A stretch of DNA of 64,000 nt from Candidatus Obscuribacteraceae bacterium (GTDB lineage: Bacteria; Cyanobacteriota; Vampirovibrionia; Obscuribacterales; Obscuribacteraceae): assembly GCA_044226015.1 (NCBI GenBank), contig JBGAHS010000003.1, positions 768,001 to 832,000 on the forward strand. Reading direction: 5' to 3'. The notes below the pieces were generated by a model. That model searched no databases. It saw only the letters and a program-made list of their open reading frames with translations, and had not been told where the DNA came from. This document shows, piece by piece, positions 19,419 to 29,325 of this stretch (positions are counted from its first letter, which is position 1; the number at the start of each line of letters is the position of its first letter). Made by a program: the position numbers and the translations under genes.

Positions 19419-20981
19419 TTATTTACGCATCTTTGTTTTGGAGCTAAGCGCTCGGAAGGCGGCGGCAAGCCTGTCTCTAATCGACGGACGGTGCAAGAGA
19501 TCCATCCCAGCCTCAACATAATCTCGCCCTGCAGAAGAATACGGATAATGCCAGTCACGCATACCCTGCGAACTTACTCCAATGTTCTTGATGCAGACCA
19601 TGTCTAACAGCTCATACTCTGAATGAGCTTTTCCGAAACCTGAATACTTGATGCCTCCCCACGGTGCATCAGGACAAACATGCGAAAAAAGTCCATCATT
19701 GAGCCAAACAATTCCAGCATCAATTCTTCGAGCCAGCTCTTCGCCAAGTTCGAGATCCGCCGTCCACACCGAAGAAGCCAGACCAAGCTCCGAATTGTTT
19801 GCGACTTGCAGAGCCTCCTCAACGCTATCGACCACAAGCACAGGAAGCAATGGCCCAAAAATCTCCTCCTTGAGCACTCTCATTTCCGGCTTCAAATCAG
19901 TTAGCACAGTGGGCTCAAAAAAATAGCCTCCGAGATCTTCCCGAGCAGAACCTCCGCAGAGAATCTTTGCCCCTTTCGACTTAGCATCTTCAACCAGGTC
20001 TTTTACACGCTGAAGCTGCTCCTCATCAATCAGAGGACCAACATCAATATCTGTACTCATTCCCTCACCAAGACGCAGTTTAGAAGCACGTTCCACGATT
20101 TTGTTGAGGACTTTTCCGTCCGCAGGTTCTACTAAAATCAATCTGTCAATCGAAGCACAGGCCTGACCGCCATTCGTGAATGCGCTCCACGTGACACCCG
20201 AAGCACACTTGTCTGCATCAACGTCCGGAAGCACAATTGCGGGGTGCTTGCCACCGAGCTCAAGAGTAACTGGCACGAGATGCTCGGAGGCAATTTTCAT
20301 TATTGCCTTGCCACCACCAACAGAACCAGTGAAAACAACTCTGTTTACTCCAGAGAGAATCAATTTTTCACACTCTTCCCTGTCACCTTGCACCAGACCA
20401 ACGAGACCCTCGGGGAATCCCAGCTCTTCGAAGATGTTAACCAGACGCTGCGCTATCATGGGCGTCTTAGGAGATGGTTTCACAACGGCACCATTTCCCG
20501 CTACAATCGCAAGCAAAATCGAAGTTGCGGGAATCGAAAATGGATAGTTCCATGGTGAAACTATGCCAATTACGCCGAGGGGCTGGAAACAGTTGTACGA
20601 GCGTTTGCCTTGAAAAAACACACCGTTCAATTCGACATTCTTGTCGTCTAACAAGTAAGGCGCCTTTTCATCAAGCCACTGACAGGTTTCTAACACTGCA
20701 AAAATTTCCGAGACAATAGCTTCGGTGAAGGGCTTTCCTGCTTCCTCCGTGATCAGCTTGCCTAGTGCATCGCGATTGAGCGAAAGATAATTTCGAAATC
20801 TCTGAATCAACTCTAGACGGTGCTCAAGGCTCTCCCTTCTCCAGGAAATTGATGCACTCCGAGCCGCTTCGACAATCTTCGGAATTTGCTCAAGCTCTGT
20901 TCGTGCAGTTTCCCCAATCACGTTCTTATTGGCAGGATTACGAGAAACAAGAGATAGCTGATTTCCCAGCTCTGTAGCCAT
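19419..20981 (-). CDS. Aldehyde dehydrogenase family protein
   Basis: Motifs SPWNYP, FTGS, LELGGK, GQAC, EEIFGP; start moved to ATG 20981 (GAAGGA RBS). Confidence 0.92.
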   Translation of the reverse strand: MATELGNQLSLVSRNPANKNVIGETARTELEQIPKIVEAARSASISWRRESLEHRLELIQRFRNYLSLNRDALGKLITEEAGKPFTEAIVSEIFAVLETCQWLDEKAPYLLDDKNVELNGVFFQGKRSYNCFQPLGVIGIVSPWNYPFSIPATSILLAIVAGNGAVVKPSPKTPMIAQRLVNIFEELGFPEGLVGLVQGDREECEKLILSGVNRVVFTGSVGGGKAIMKIASEHLVPVTLELGGKHPAIVLPDVDADKCASGVTWSAFTNGGQACASIDRLILVEPADGKVLNKIVERASKLRLGEGMSTDIDVGPLIDEEQLQRVKDLVEDAKSKGAKILCGGSAREDLGGYFFEPTVLTDLKPEMRVLKEEIFGPLLPVLVVDSVEEALQVANNSELGLASSVWTADLELGEELARRIDAGIVWLNDGLFSHVCPDAPWGGIKYSGFGKAHSEYELLDMVCIKNIGVSSQGMRDWHYPYSSAGRDYVEAGMDLLHRPSIRDRLAAAFRALSSKTKMRK

Positions 20982-21091
20982 TTCGATATTTCCTTCATGT
21001 GTCTCAGCTACTTTCCAATAAGCTGGACGATCTGCTTTCTCTAGTATTATACAGGCGTACAAACTCCTCCGTTTAACTGAGACATCTAGCA

Positions 21092-21997
21092 ATGAGTTAT
21101 ACAATCGGCATCGATCTGGGCGGAACGAATATCAAATGTGTCGCAATGGACATGGCCGGGGAGAAACTTTTCGAAGACACGAGATCCACAAGGGATAACT
21201 GCGAACAGGAAAAAACAAGCCCAAACTGGGCTCAGGAAATCAAGCAAGTTCTTGAAGACGTAAAACGCAAATTGGGAGAGCATCCTTCCCACGTCGGTTT
21301 CTGTGCTCCGGGACTAGCCGCTGCAGATGGACGCTCCATTGCATACATGCCGGGAAGATTACAGGGACTGGAAGGCTTCGACTGGTCCGCTTTTCTACAG
21401 GAAGACGTTTATGTTGTTGACGACGCAAAAGCAGCGCTGCTCGGAGAAATTTGGAAGGGAAGTGCGCAAGGTTTGCAGGACGTTATCATGATTACTCTTG
21501 GCACCGGTGTTGGTGGCGCCATTTTTGCAAACAACCAACTCGTGAGAGGACATATTGGACGAGCCGGAAACCTTGGTCACATTTCTCTAGACACCTCTGG
21601 AGACCCAGATGTATCAGGCATGCCCGGTAGTCTCGAAAATGCGATAGGCAACTGCACGATTAAAAGCCGAAGCAATAATCGATTTACGTCAACAAAAGAA
21701 CTGGTTGAAGCTGCGAAAAACGGCGACCGGGAGGCTGAGCAAATCTGGGATTTATCAATGCGCAAGCTAGCTTGTGCCTGCGCTGCTTATATAAACATTC
21801 TCGACCCAGAAGCAATCATTATTGGTGGTGGCATCGCGAAGGCAGGCGGATTTCTCTTCGAAAAACTCAATCGCGAGTTGGAAAAGGTAGAATGGCGGCC
21901 AAACAATTATGCTGTAAAAATACTTCCTGCCGAGCTGGGAGAATGGGCCGGCGCAATGGGCGCAGCCTATAATGCCATTCTTGAAGCCTCAGCTTAG
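21092..21997 (+). CDS. ROK family sugar kinase
   Basis: Motifs IGIDLGGT, LGTGVGG, AGNLGH, IIGGG. Confidence 0.9.
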   Translation: MSYTIGIDLGGTNIKCVAMDMAGEKLFEDTRSTRDNCEQEKTSPNWAQEIKQVLEDVKRKLGEHPSHVGFCAPGLAAADGRSIAYMPGRLQGLEGFDWSAFLQEDVYVVDDAKAALLGEIWKGSAQGLQDVIMITLGTGVGGAIFANNQLVRGHIGRAGNLGHISLDTSGDPDVSGMPGSLENAIGNCTIKSRSNNRFTSTKELVEAAKNGDREAEQIWDLSMRKLACACAAYINILDPEAIIIGGGIAKAGGFLFEKLNRELEKVEWRPNNYAVKILPAELGEWAGAMGAAYNAILEASA

Positions 21998-22019
21998 AAA
22001 GACTGGAAACTGCCACTTC

Positions 22020-22724
22020 TCATGGAAGATCCGTATACAACTCAAGGTCTGGATGCAGCCATAAGAAAGAGCCCGGAAATTTGGGGTCAATTTTAGCTTC
22101 GAGAAAGCGCGCCAGCTGCGCTTTCTTTTGTTCTCCATTCACCAGAAAAATGATCCTCTTCGACGACAAGATCTCTCTCATACCCATCGTATAACCAAAC
22201 TCCATTTTCTTTCCACTCGAAGCAATCATCGAGTGCTGCTGCGATTGCGAGCTTAAAGTGGCTATATGTGCGTACGGCTGCAAATATTCAGCAGGCTCAT
22301 TGAATCCCAAATGTCCATTCAAACCCAGCCCGAGAACGCAGATATCAATTGGCGTTTCCTTCGCCAACGCACTCCTCACTCGTGCACACTCCAGCTCGGG
22401 CTCGGCGGCGTCGCCAGCAAAACTAAGAAACGTACTTGTATCTATCTTAAGCGGCTCGATAAAATAATTGCGAATGTAATGCTCGCAACTTCCCTCATCA
22501 GTCCCGCTAAGACCGCCCCACTCATCAAGTTTTACCACCTGCACTCGCTTGAAAGAAGTGCCCGAATGAGAGGCTTTCTCTGCTACCTTTTCATAACACA
22601 GCCTGGGTGACGAACCTGTCGCCAAGCAAATTTTCAGCGTAGGATTTCCAATGACTGCCATGACGATTTGCTCTGCTGCTGCATTGCTCATTGATTCGTA
22701 ATCAGCATATCGAAAAATCTTCAT
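22020..22724 (-). CDS. Glucosamine/galactosamine-6-phosphate isomerase-deaminase (NagB family)
   Basis: Motifs LATGSSP, LDEW, LGLGLNGHLGFNEP. Confidence 0.85.
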   Translation of the reverse strand: MKIFRYADYESMSNAAAEQIVMAVIGNPTLKICLATGSSPRLCYEKVAEKASHSGTSFKRVQVVKLDEWGGLSGTDEGSCEHYIRNYFIEPLKIDTSTFLSFAGDAAEPELECARVRSALAKETPIDICVLGLGLNGHLGFNEPAEYLQPYAHIATLSSQSQQHSMIASSGKKMEFGYTMGMREILSSKRIIFLVNGEQKKAQLARFLEAKIDPKFPGSFLWLHPDLELYTDLP

Positions 22725-22741
22725 TACTCTTTCCCTTCTAC

Positions 22742-23014
22742 TTACCCTTCTTCAAACGAATTTGCTTTAGAAATTTCGCTATTTGACGCTGCGTGCAATT
22801 GCTTTCTCTTATCCATTTGAATAAGACCAAACATGATGCATGCAAAACAAAACATACTAATTCCACAGGTCAAATCCAGATTCAAACGAAGCCTCTGTAC
22901 TGGCTCTACAACCAACTCCAATATGGTGATTTGGGGATCAACCAGCCCATAAATTATGAGCATGGCGCCGACAATAATGAAAAGATATGCGATTGGTTTT
23001 TTCACATCGAGCAT
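22742..23014 (-). CDS. Small 2-TM membrane protein associated with the symporter
   Basis: MLDVKKPI.. followed by two hydrophobic helices; starts 4 nt after the symporter stop. Confidence 0.65.
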   Translation of the reverse strand: MLDVKKPIAYLFIIVGAMLIIYGLVDPQITILELVVEPVQRLRLNLDLTCGISMFCFACIMFGLIQMDKRKQLHAASNSEISKANSFEEG

Positions 23015-23018
23015 TTCT

Positions 23019-24635
23019 TCACCAGAACCAGATATTTAGCGCAATAGTCAATAGTGAAACCGAGACTGCCAGAACTACCGGGCGTTGGTACCACGCAAGA
23101 GTACTGACAGGCGGAGAGTCCGAAAGACCCCAGCACAAGCCATAAAGCTCTGACTCAGGCTTCTTCTTAGTGAAAAACGAAATCAAAACTGTAGTCACAA
23201 AACAAACACACCAGGCGATTGTAGCCCGCCAAAAATTACCAGCCATTATAGATGGATAGTGAATTGTATTATTTACCGTCAAATAATAATGCACTACCGC
23301 AGAAATGATACCAATTAGCAAGCCCCAGAAAGCTCCCCAAGGACTGCATTTTTTCCAGAACATACCCAGCAAGAAGGTCGCAAACAGGGGCGCGTTAAAG
23401 AAAGAGAAAATCAGCTGCATATAGTCCATAATACTGGGGAAACCCATTACAAGATAAGCCGTCGCGATGCTTATTAAGATACCACCTGCGGTGGCAATAC
23501 GCCCCATCTGAAGATAATGTTGATCGCTCTTGTTTTTTGCAATGTAGCTTTGGTAGAGGTCATAAGTCCAAACCGTGTTGAATGCAGTCACATTGCCAGC
23601 CATACCTGACATGAAGCTAGCCAGCATGGCAGTTAAACCAAGTCCCAACATTCCGCTGGGATATAGCTTTCCTAGAAGAAGCGGCAAGGCCATGTTGTAA
23701 GAGAGAGTATCATTGTTGGAACCTATGCCTTTTATCATCACGACAGCCATTAGCCCCGGCAATACTGTCACAAAAGGAAAAAGGGCTTGCGGAAAAGCAG
23801 CTATGAGCGGGGTTCGTTGCGCCGCAGGTAAACTCTCGGCAGCAAGTGCGCGCTGCACCACAAGAAAGTCAGTGCACCAATAGCCGAACGAAAGTACAAA
23901 ACCCAATCCCGATAGCAGTCCGTAAATATCCACCCCCATGGGATTGTTCGAACTCAGAGTACCTGTCCAGAGGTGCATAAAAGCGGGATCAGGCATGGCT
24001 TTTGCCAAGCCGTCCATTCCTCCAAATTTGATCAACCCTAAAATAGAAATTGGAGCAAGGCCGAATACTATTAGAAAAAACTGCACAACCTCATTGTAAA
24101 TGGATGAAGCAAGACCGCCAAGCATGGTGTACACAAGCACTACACCGGCGGCAACAAGAATGGACATGTTCATGTCCCATCCCAACAAGAGCTGAAAAAC
24201 CAGCGCCATCGCGTAAAGATTGATGCCGGACATCAAAACTGTCATTACAGTAAAAGAGATCGCGTTCAAGGCTCTAGTGGGCTCATTGAAGCGCATCTTC
24301 AAATATTCAGGCACGCTACGAACGCGTGAACCATAATAAAATGGCATCATAAAAAGCGCCAGGAAAATCATAGCGGGAATGCCACCGATCCAGAAAAAAT
24401 GAGCAGTCATAATGCCATACTGAACACCATTTGCGGCCATACCCATAACCTCGAGAGCACCCAGGTTAGCCGACATCAGTGCAATTCCTGTAACCCAACT
24501 GGGAATTTTGTGGCCCGCCAGAAAAAAGTCCTCGCTCGACTTCATCTGACTCCTCAGCACAAAACCGACTGCTATTACGAATACGAAGTATATGGCAACG
24601 ATTGCATAGTCAACAATGCCAATCTGAATGTGCAA
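23019..24635 (-). CDS. Sodium:solute symporter (sugar-type SSS family)
   Basis: Motifs DFFLAG, SVPEYL..RF, YWCTDFLVVQRALAA; many TM helices. Confidence 0.92.
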   Translation of the reverse strand: MHIQIGIVDYAIVAIYFVFVIAVGFVLRSQMKSSEDFFLAGHKIPSWVTGIALMSANLGALEVMGMAANGVQYGIMTAHFFWIGGIPAMIFLALFMMPFYYGSRVRSVPEYLKMRFNEPTRALNAISFTVMTVLMSGINLYAMALVFQLLLGWDMNMSILVAAGVVLVYTMLGGLASSIYNEVVQFFLIVFGLAPISILGLIKFGGMDGLAKAMPDPAFMHLWTGTLSSNNPMGVDIYGLLSGLGFVLSFGYWCTDFLVVQRALAAESLPAAQRTPLIAAFPQALFPFVTVLPGLMAVVMIKGIGSNNDTLSYNMALPLLLGKLYPSGMLGLGLTAMLASFMSGMAGNVTAFNTVWTYDLYQSYIAKNKSDQHYLQMGRIATAGGILISIATAYLVMGFPSIMDYMQLIFSFFNAPLFATFLLGMFWKKCSPWGAFWGLLIGIISAVVHYYLTVNNTIHYPSIMAGNFWRATIAWCVCFVTTVLISFFTKKKPESELYGLCWGLSDSPPVSTLAWYQRPVVLAVSVSLLTIALNIWFW

Positions 24636-24777
24636 ACCCGCGTTCTCCAGAAACTATGGAAATTATTGATCTCCAGACGCTCAAGAGCTATGCGAAATCT
24701 ACGATTGCAAACTTATCTATGTGTAATACATACAGTTTTGCGGTCATTCACAGTAGAGACTGTTGAGATTAACGCCG

Positions 24778-25674
24778 TTACTTGAATGCCAATGACGCAG
24801 GCACCGCTGGGTCGATCAACCTGGCTCTATCAAGGTCTGCCCGAGCTGAGCTCTCATGGTTCATCTGATGATACAAGAACGCTCGGGCTAGAAGATACTT
24901 AGAACTGCTAGAATCGAGGCTTATCGATTCACCAAATTCTTCAGCGGCTTTTGGATATTTCTTTTCCTGCTGCAAAGCTAATGCGTAGTTAAAATGAACG
25001 CTTGCCTCACGAGGATTGCTCTCAAGTGATTTGCGGCAAGACAAAATGGTTCCTTTGCTGTCCGCTAGAATCTTGTCCAGCCCCTCTGGATGCAAAAAAG
25101 GGGTCTTCAAATCGTCGGGGAACTCAGGGCGCACGATGCCACTAAATACAGTACCAGGAGCAAATTCAGCTTTTCGATTTTCTGAAACTATTTTTGCGGC
25201 TTCCAAATAATTCTGCACTGATTGCTCATTTTGAGGTCCCTTAGCAGCGGCATTCGCCTCCTGCGGAGTGGCTTTCGATGCCGATTGCAGCAGCGATGGA
25301 TCAAGCCTCAGCGCCTCTTCGTAATCCATAATCGAATGTGGATTGTCACCGGTTTTGCAGTAAGTAGCACCTCTCCAGAGATAAAACTCTGCATTTTTCG
25401 CATCCACTAAAATCGCAGAGCTAAAATCATCAAGTGCAAGTTTCATATTGCGCAAATAATAGAAGCACTGCCCTCTTTTGAAGTAGCCTTTTGCATTGCG
25501 GGTATTGGCTCCTACAACTTGATTGAATGAGAGTATTGCCCCATCGAAATCGCGCCGGGACATTCTTTCAAGACCCTCGGTATAAGAGGGAACATCATAG
25601 TCCGCAAAAGCAGAAAATGGCACGAACACATTAGTTAAGAGTGCAATTATCGCTACAGTAAGTTTCTTGTTCAT
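24778..25674 (-). CDS. Secreted TPR protein
   Basis: Signal peptide plus TPR repeats. Confidence 0.8.
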   Translation of the reverse strand: MNKKLTVAIIALLTNVFVPFSAFADYDVPSYTEGLERMSRRDFDGAILSFNQVVGANTRNAKGYFKRGQCFYYLRNMKLALDDFSSAILVDAKNAEFYLWRGATYCKTGDNPHSIMDYEEALRLDPSLLQSASKATPQEANAAAKGPQNEQSVQNYLEAAKIVSENRKAEFAPGTVFSGIVRPEFPDDLKTPFLHPEGLDKILADSKGTILSCRKSLESNPREASVHFNYALALQQEKKYPKAAEEFGESISLDSSSSKYLLARAFLYHQMNHESSARADLDRARLIDPAVPASLAFK

Positions 25675-25677
25675 CTC

Positions 25678-26493
25678 TCAGTGACGATGGATTTTGGAAA
25701 GCGCCGCCGAAACTAGTTGTTTAAGCTTGTCGTCCTTCGCATGATTCAAGGCAAGCCTATATTCTGACTCCGCATCATCATATTTTTTTGTGCTCGCTAA
25801 TGCAACCCCCAACACATAGTGTGCCTGTGCATTATCTGGAGATTTCTGCAGCAATGCTTGCAAGCGAGTGATTGCATCTGCATACTTAGCAGCAGCAATT
25901 TCTGCGCTCGCTAACGAAATCTCGGATGGCTTTGGTGGCACCGGAGTTCCATCAGACTTAAGCGCCACACCTAGAAGGCCAGCTACTGTGCTTTTCATAG
26001 TAGCGAACTCTTTCTCTTCGTATCCCATCGAAGCAAAAGCAACTTTTCCTGTCTTATCAATCACAAAATTTCTTGGGATGCCTTTATTGGCGTAGAGATC
26101 GAACACGGTTCGTTTAGTGTCCGCCAAAATAGGCATAGTGAGCTTCGAGGACTCCTTGAACTGCTTCATCTCCTCGACACTATGCTCACGCCCAAGAACC
26201 AGAACCACCAACCCCCTATCCTTCATCGGCGCCCAGACTTCTGACTCAAGGTGCGGTAATTCTGCCCGACATGGTCCGCACCAGGTCGCAAAGAAATCGA
26301 GAACGACTACTTTTCCTTTGAAATCAGACAAAGACACCTTGGTTCCATCACTAGCCATCAAAGAAAAGCTAGGAGCCACTTGCCCTACCTTAACTCTGGC
26401 TTCCATACCAGGTTCCTCAACTGCCAGTGTGGGGACAGCTGACGCCGTGAAAATGGAAACAAATGTGCATAAAAGAAAACACTTTTTGCGCAT
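25678..26493 (-). CDS. TlpA-like thiol-disulfide redoxin with C-terminal TPR
   Basis: DFFATWCGPC motif; signal peptide; TPR tail. Confidence 0.85.
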   Translation of the reverse strand: MRKKCFLLCTFVSIFTASAVPTLAVEEPGMEARVKVGQVAPSFSLMASDGTKVSLSDFKGKVVVLDFFATWCGPCRAELPHLESEVWAPMKDRGLVVLVLGREHSVEEMKQFKESSKLTMPILADTKRTVFDLYANKGIPRNFVIDKTGKVAFASMGYEEKEFATMKSTVAGLLGVALKSDGTPVPPKPSEISLASAEIAAAKYADAITRLQALLQKSPDNAQAHYVLGVALASTKKYDDAESEYRLALNHAKDDKLKQLVSAALSKIHRH

Positions 26494-26559
26494 GATGAAT
26501 ACCTCCTACAAATTCTTTCCCTTTGTAGGCAAAAATCTGCGGCAGCTCGCAAAAATCAC

Positions 26560-26587
26560 AAAAGAAAAGTGCCCCTTTCGGGGCACC
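26560..26587 (-). terminator. clpC terminator
   Basis: GTGCCCC-GAAA-GGGGCAC hairpin then U tract on the minus strand. Confidence 0.8.
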
Positions 26588-26610
26588 TTGAGATTTGTAC
26601 GGCAAGAAGC

Positions 26611-29157
26611 TTACTTGTCGTCGGAATCGCCTTTTCCTTCTTTGGCTTCAGCTTTATCCTCAGACTTGTCTTTCTTGCTGCTCTTTGCAGTTGCTGCGAC
26701 TTCTTTCTTTTCTGGAGCTTTTTCGAAGCGGAATGCATCGGAATCCAGAACCGTATGAATGGTATCACCTTCTTTGAAGCGACCCGCCAGAACTTGTTCG
26801 GCAAGTGCATCTTCCAACAAACGTTGAATAGAACGACGTAGTGGTCTTGCTCCGTAGGTTGGGTTGTAGCCATCTTTTGCGATAAAGTCTTTGCAATCGT
26901 CGGTGATGACAAGTTCCATTCCTTGAGCTTTGAGACGGCTTTGCAAATCTGCAGTCATGATATCGACAATTCTGCGGATTTCTTCCTTCGTAAGCTGTTG
27001 GAATACGATGATTTCATCGATTCTGTTCAAGAACTCTGGTCTGAATGTCTTCTTCATAGAATCCATGACGAGATCGCGAATCTTCTTGTAACGCTCGGAG
27101 TGCTCTTGCTTCGTGTCAGCAAGCTGGAAGCCTACGGTCAACGATGACTTATCAATGAACTGAGCACCAACGTTGGAGGTCATAATGATGATCGCGTTCT
27201 TGAAGTCAACCGTGCGTCCCTTACTGTCAGACAAACGACCATCGTCGAGAATCTGGAGCAACACGTTAAATACATCTGGGTGCGCTTTTTCAATTTCATC
27301 GAACAGCACAACTGAGTATGGCTTTCTGCGTACTGCTTCAGTAAGCTGACCGCCTTCCTGGTAGCCGACGTATCCTGGAGGTGAACCAATCAACTTCGAT
27401 GTTGTGTGGTGCTCCATGAACTCAGACATGTCGATACGGATCATGTTGTCTTCGGAACCAAAGAAATAACCTGCCAGAGCCTTCGCCAACTCGGTTTTAC
27501 CTACACCAGTAGGACCTGAGAAGATGAAGCTACCGATTGGACGGTTCGGATTTTTCAAGCCAACGCGCGAACGGCGAATAGCCTTACAAACAGCTTCAAC
27601 AGCATCGTCTTGACCGATAACTCTCTGGTGCAAAACGTCTGACATGTGCAGCAATCTTTCTGATTCGCCTTCGGTAAGTTTCAGAAGCGGAATGCCTGTC
27701 CAGGTGCTTACTACGTGAGCTACTTCCTCGCCAGTAACAACCGGCTTTTCGGTTTCCTGTTTTGCTTTCCATGCTGCCTGAATGTCGCGAATTTTTTCTG
27801 AAAGCTTGGTTTCAGATTCACGCAATGAGGCTGCTTTTTCGAACTCTTGATTGCGAATTGCAGTTTCCTTGTCGCGACGAACTTTGCGCAATTCGCGGTC
27901 AACTTCCTTGCCTTCTGGTGGCAATGAACTGGCTCTCAAGCGAACGCGTGATGAAGCTTCGTCAATAATATCGATAGCTTTGTCTGGAAGAAAACGATCG
28001 CTGATGTATCTATCGGAAAGCTTGGTAGCATGTTCGATAGCCTCATCAGAGATAATCAAACGATGGTGCTCTTCATACTTCGAGCGCAAGCCACGAAGAA
28101 TTTCGATTGTTTCGTCCACGCTCGGTGGGTCGATGATAACAGGCTGGAATCTGCGTTCCAATGCGGCATCACGCTCGATGTGCTTACGATATTCATCCAT
28201 CGTTGTAGCACCGATACACTGCAGTTCGCCTCTCGACAGAGCTGGTTTCAAGATGTTAGCCGCGTCGATTGCGCCTTCTGCTGCACCAGCACCAATCAAT
28301 GTGTGCAACTCGTCGATAACAAGCATAACGTTGCCTGCACCGCGAATTTCATCCATGATTTTCTTGAGACGCTCTTCAAACTCGCCTCTGTACTTGGTTC
28401 CAGCGACCAACAAACCGATGTCTAACTGAACAATTTTCTTGTCCATCAAAATGTCTGGAACATCAGCATTCGAAATGCGAATAGCCAGACCTTCTGCGAT
28501 AGCGGTTTTACCTACGCCAGGCTCACCGATCAGAACAGGATTATTCTTTGTTCTACGACCGAGAATTTGGATCACACGCTCGATTTCTTTCTCGCGTCCG
28601 ACTACCGGGTCGAGGCGTCCTTCTTGTGCAGCCTGAGTCAGATTGACACCAAACTCATCGAGGGTTGGTGTTTTTGATCTGCCCGTACCAGCAGATGTGG
28701 TAGCACCCGCGGTGGCAGCTCCACTTTCACCGAGAAGGCGAATCACATGGCTTCTGACCTTTGTCAAGTCGACTCCGAGGTTTTCCAACACTCTAGCGGC
28801 GACCCCTTCTCCTTCTCTAATCAGTCCGAGTAAGAGATGTTCAGTACCGATGTAGTTATGACCTAGCTGTCTGGCTTCATCCCAGGATAGTTCCAGAACG
28901 CGCTTAGCACGCGGTGTAAATGGAATTTCTACTGCAACAAATCCAGAACCCCGGCCGATAATTTTCTCAACTTCGACACGAGCATCCTTCAGGTTCACGC
29001 CCATTGACTTCAATGTCTTGGCAGCGATCCCTGTTCCCTCGCCGATTAGACCCAAAAGGATTTGCTCAGTACCCACGAAGTTGTGCCCCAATCTGCGGGC
29101 TTCTTCCTGGGCAAGCATAATCACTTTGATTGCCTTCTCTGTGAAACGCTCAAACAT
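26611..29157 (-). CDS. clpC: ATP-dependent Clp protease ATP-binding subunit ClpC
   Basis: [32 protein letters not shown] start (cyanobacterial type); two AAA+ modules; UVR coil. Confidence 0.97.
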   Translation of the reverse strand: MFERFTEKAIKVIMLAQEEARRLGHNFVGTEQILLGLIGEGTGIAAKTLKSMGVNLKDARVEVEKIIGRGSGFVAVEIPFTPRAKRVLELSWDEARQLGHNYIGTEHLLLGLIREGEGVAARVLENLGVDLTKVRSHVIRLLGESGAATAGATTSAGTGRSKTPTLDEFGVNLTQAAQEGRLDPVVGREKEIERVIQILGRRTKNNPVLIGEPGVGKTAIAEGLAIRISNADVPDILMDKKIVQLDIGLLVAGTKYRGEFEERLKKIMDEIRGAGNVMLVIDELHTLIGAGAAEGAIDAANILKPALSRGELQCIGATTMDEYRKHIERDAALERRFQPVIIDPPSVDETIEILRGLRSKYEEHHRLIISDEAIEHATKLSDRYISDRFLPDKAIDIIDEASSRVRLRASSLPPEGKEVDRELRKVRRDKETAIRNQEFEKAASLRESETKLSEKIRDIQAAWKAKQETEKPVVTGEEVAHVVSTWTGIPLLKLTEGESERLLHMSDVLHQRVIGQDDAVEAVCKAIRRSRVGLKNPNRPIGSFIFSGPTGVGKTELAKALAGYFFGSEDNMIRIDMSEFMEHHTTSKLIGSPPGYVGYQEGGQLTEAVRRKPYSVVLFDEIEKAHPDVFNVLLQILDDGRLSDSKGRTVDFKNAIIIMTSNVGAQFIDKSSLTVGFQLADTKQEHSERYKKIRDLVMDSMKKTFRPEFLNRIDEIIVFQQLTKEEIRRIVDIMTADLQSRLKAQGMELVITDDCKDFIAKDGYNPTYGARPLRRSIQRLLEDALAEQVLAGRFKEGDTIHTVLDSDAFRFEKAPEKKEVAATAKSSKKDKSEDKAEAKEGKGDSDDK

Positions 29158-29325
29158 GGCGAATTACGCCTCCCGTAACAGCTTAATGTAATTCATTCTA
29201 ACACTATGTTTATGGTCAATAGCCCGGAAAGCTCCAAAAAATCGAGCACAAGCCTGATTTTTAGTTTCAGCCCGTTAAGCTATTGATAATGATTTTTTCC
29301 ACGTACTGCGGCAACTCATGCGTCG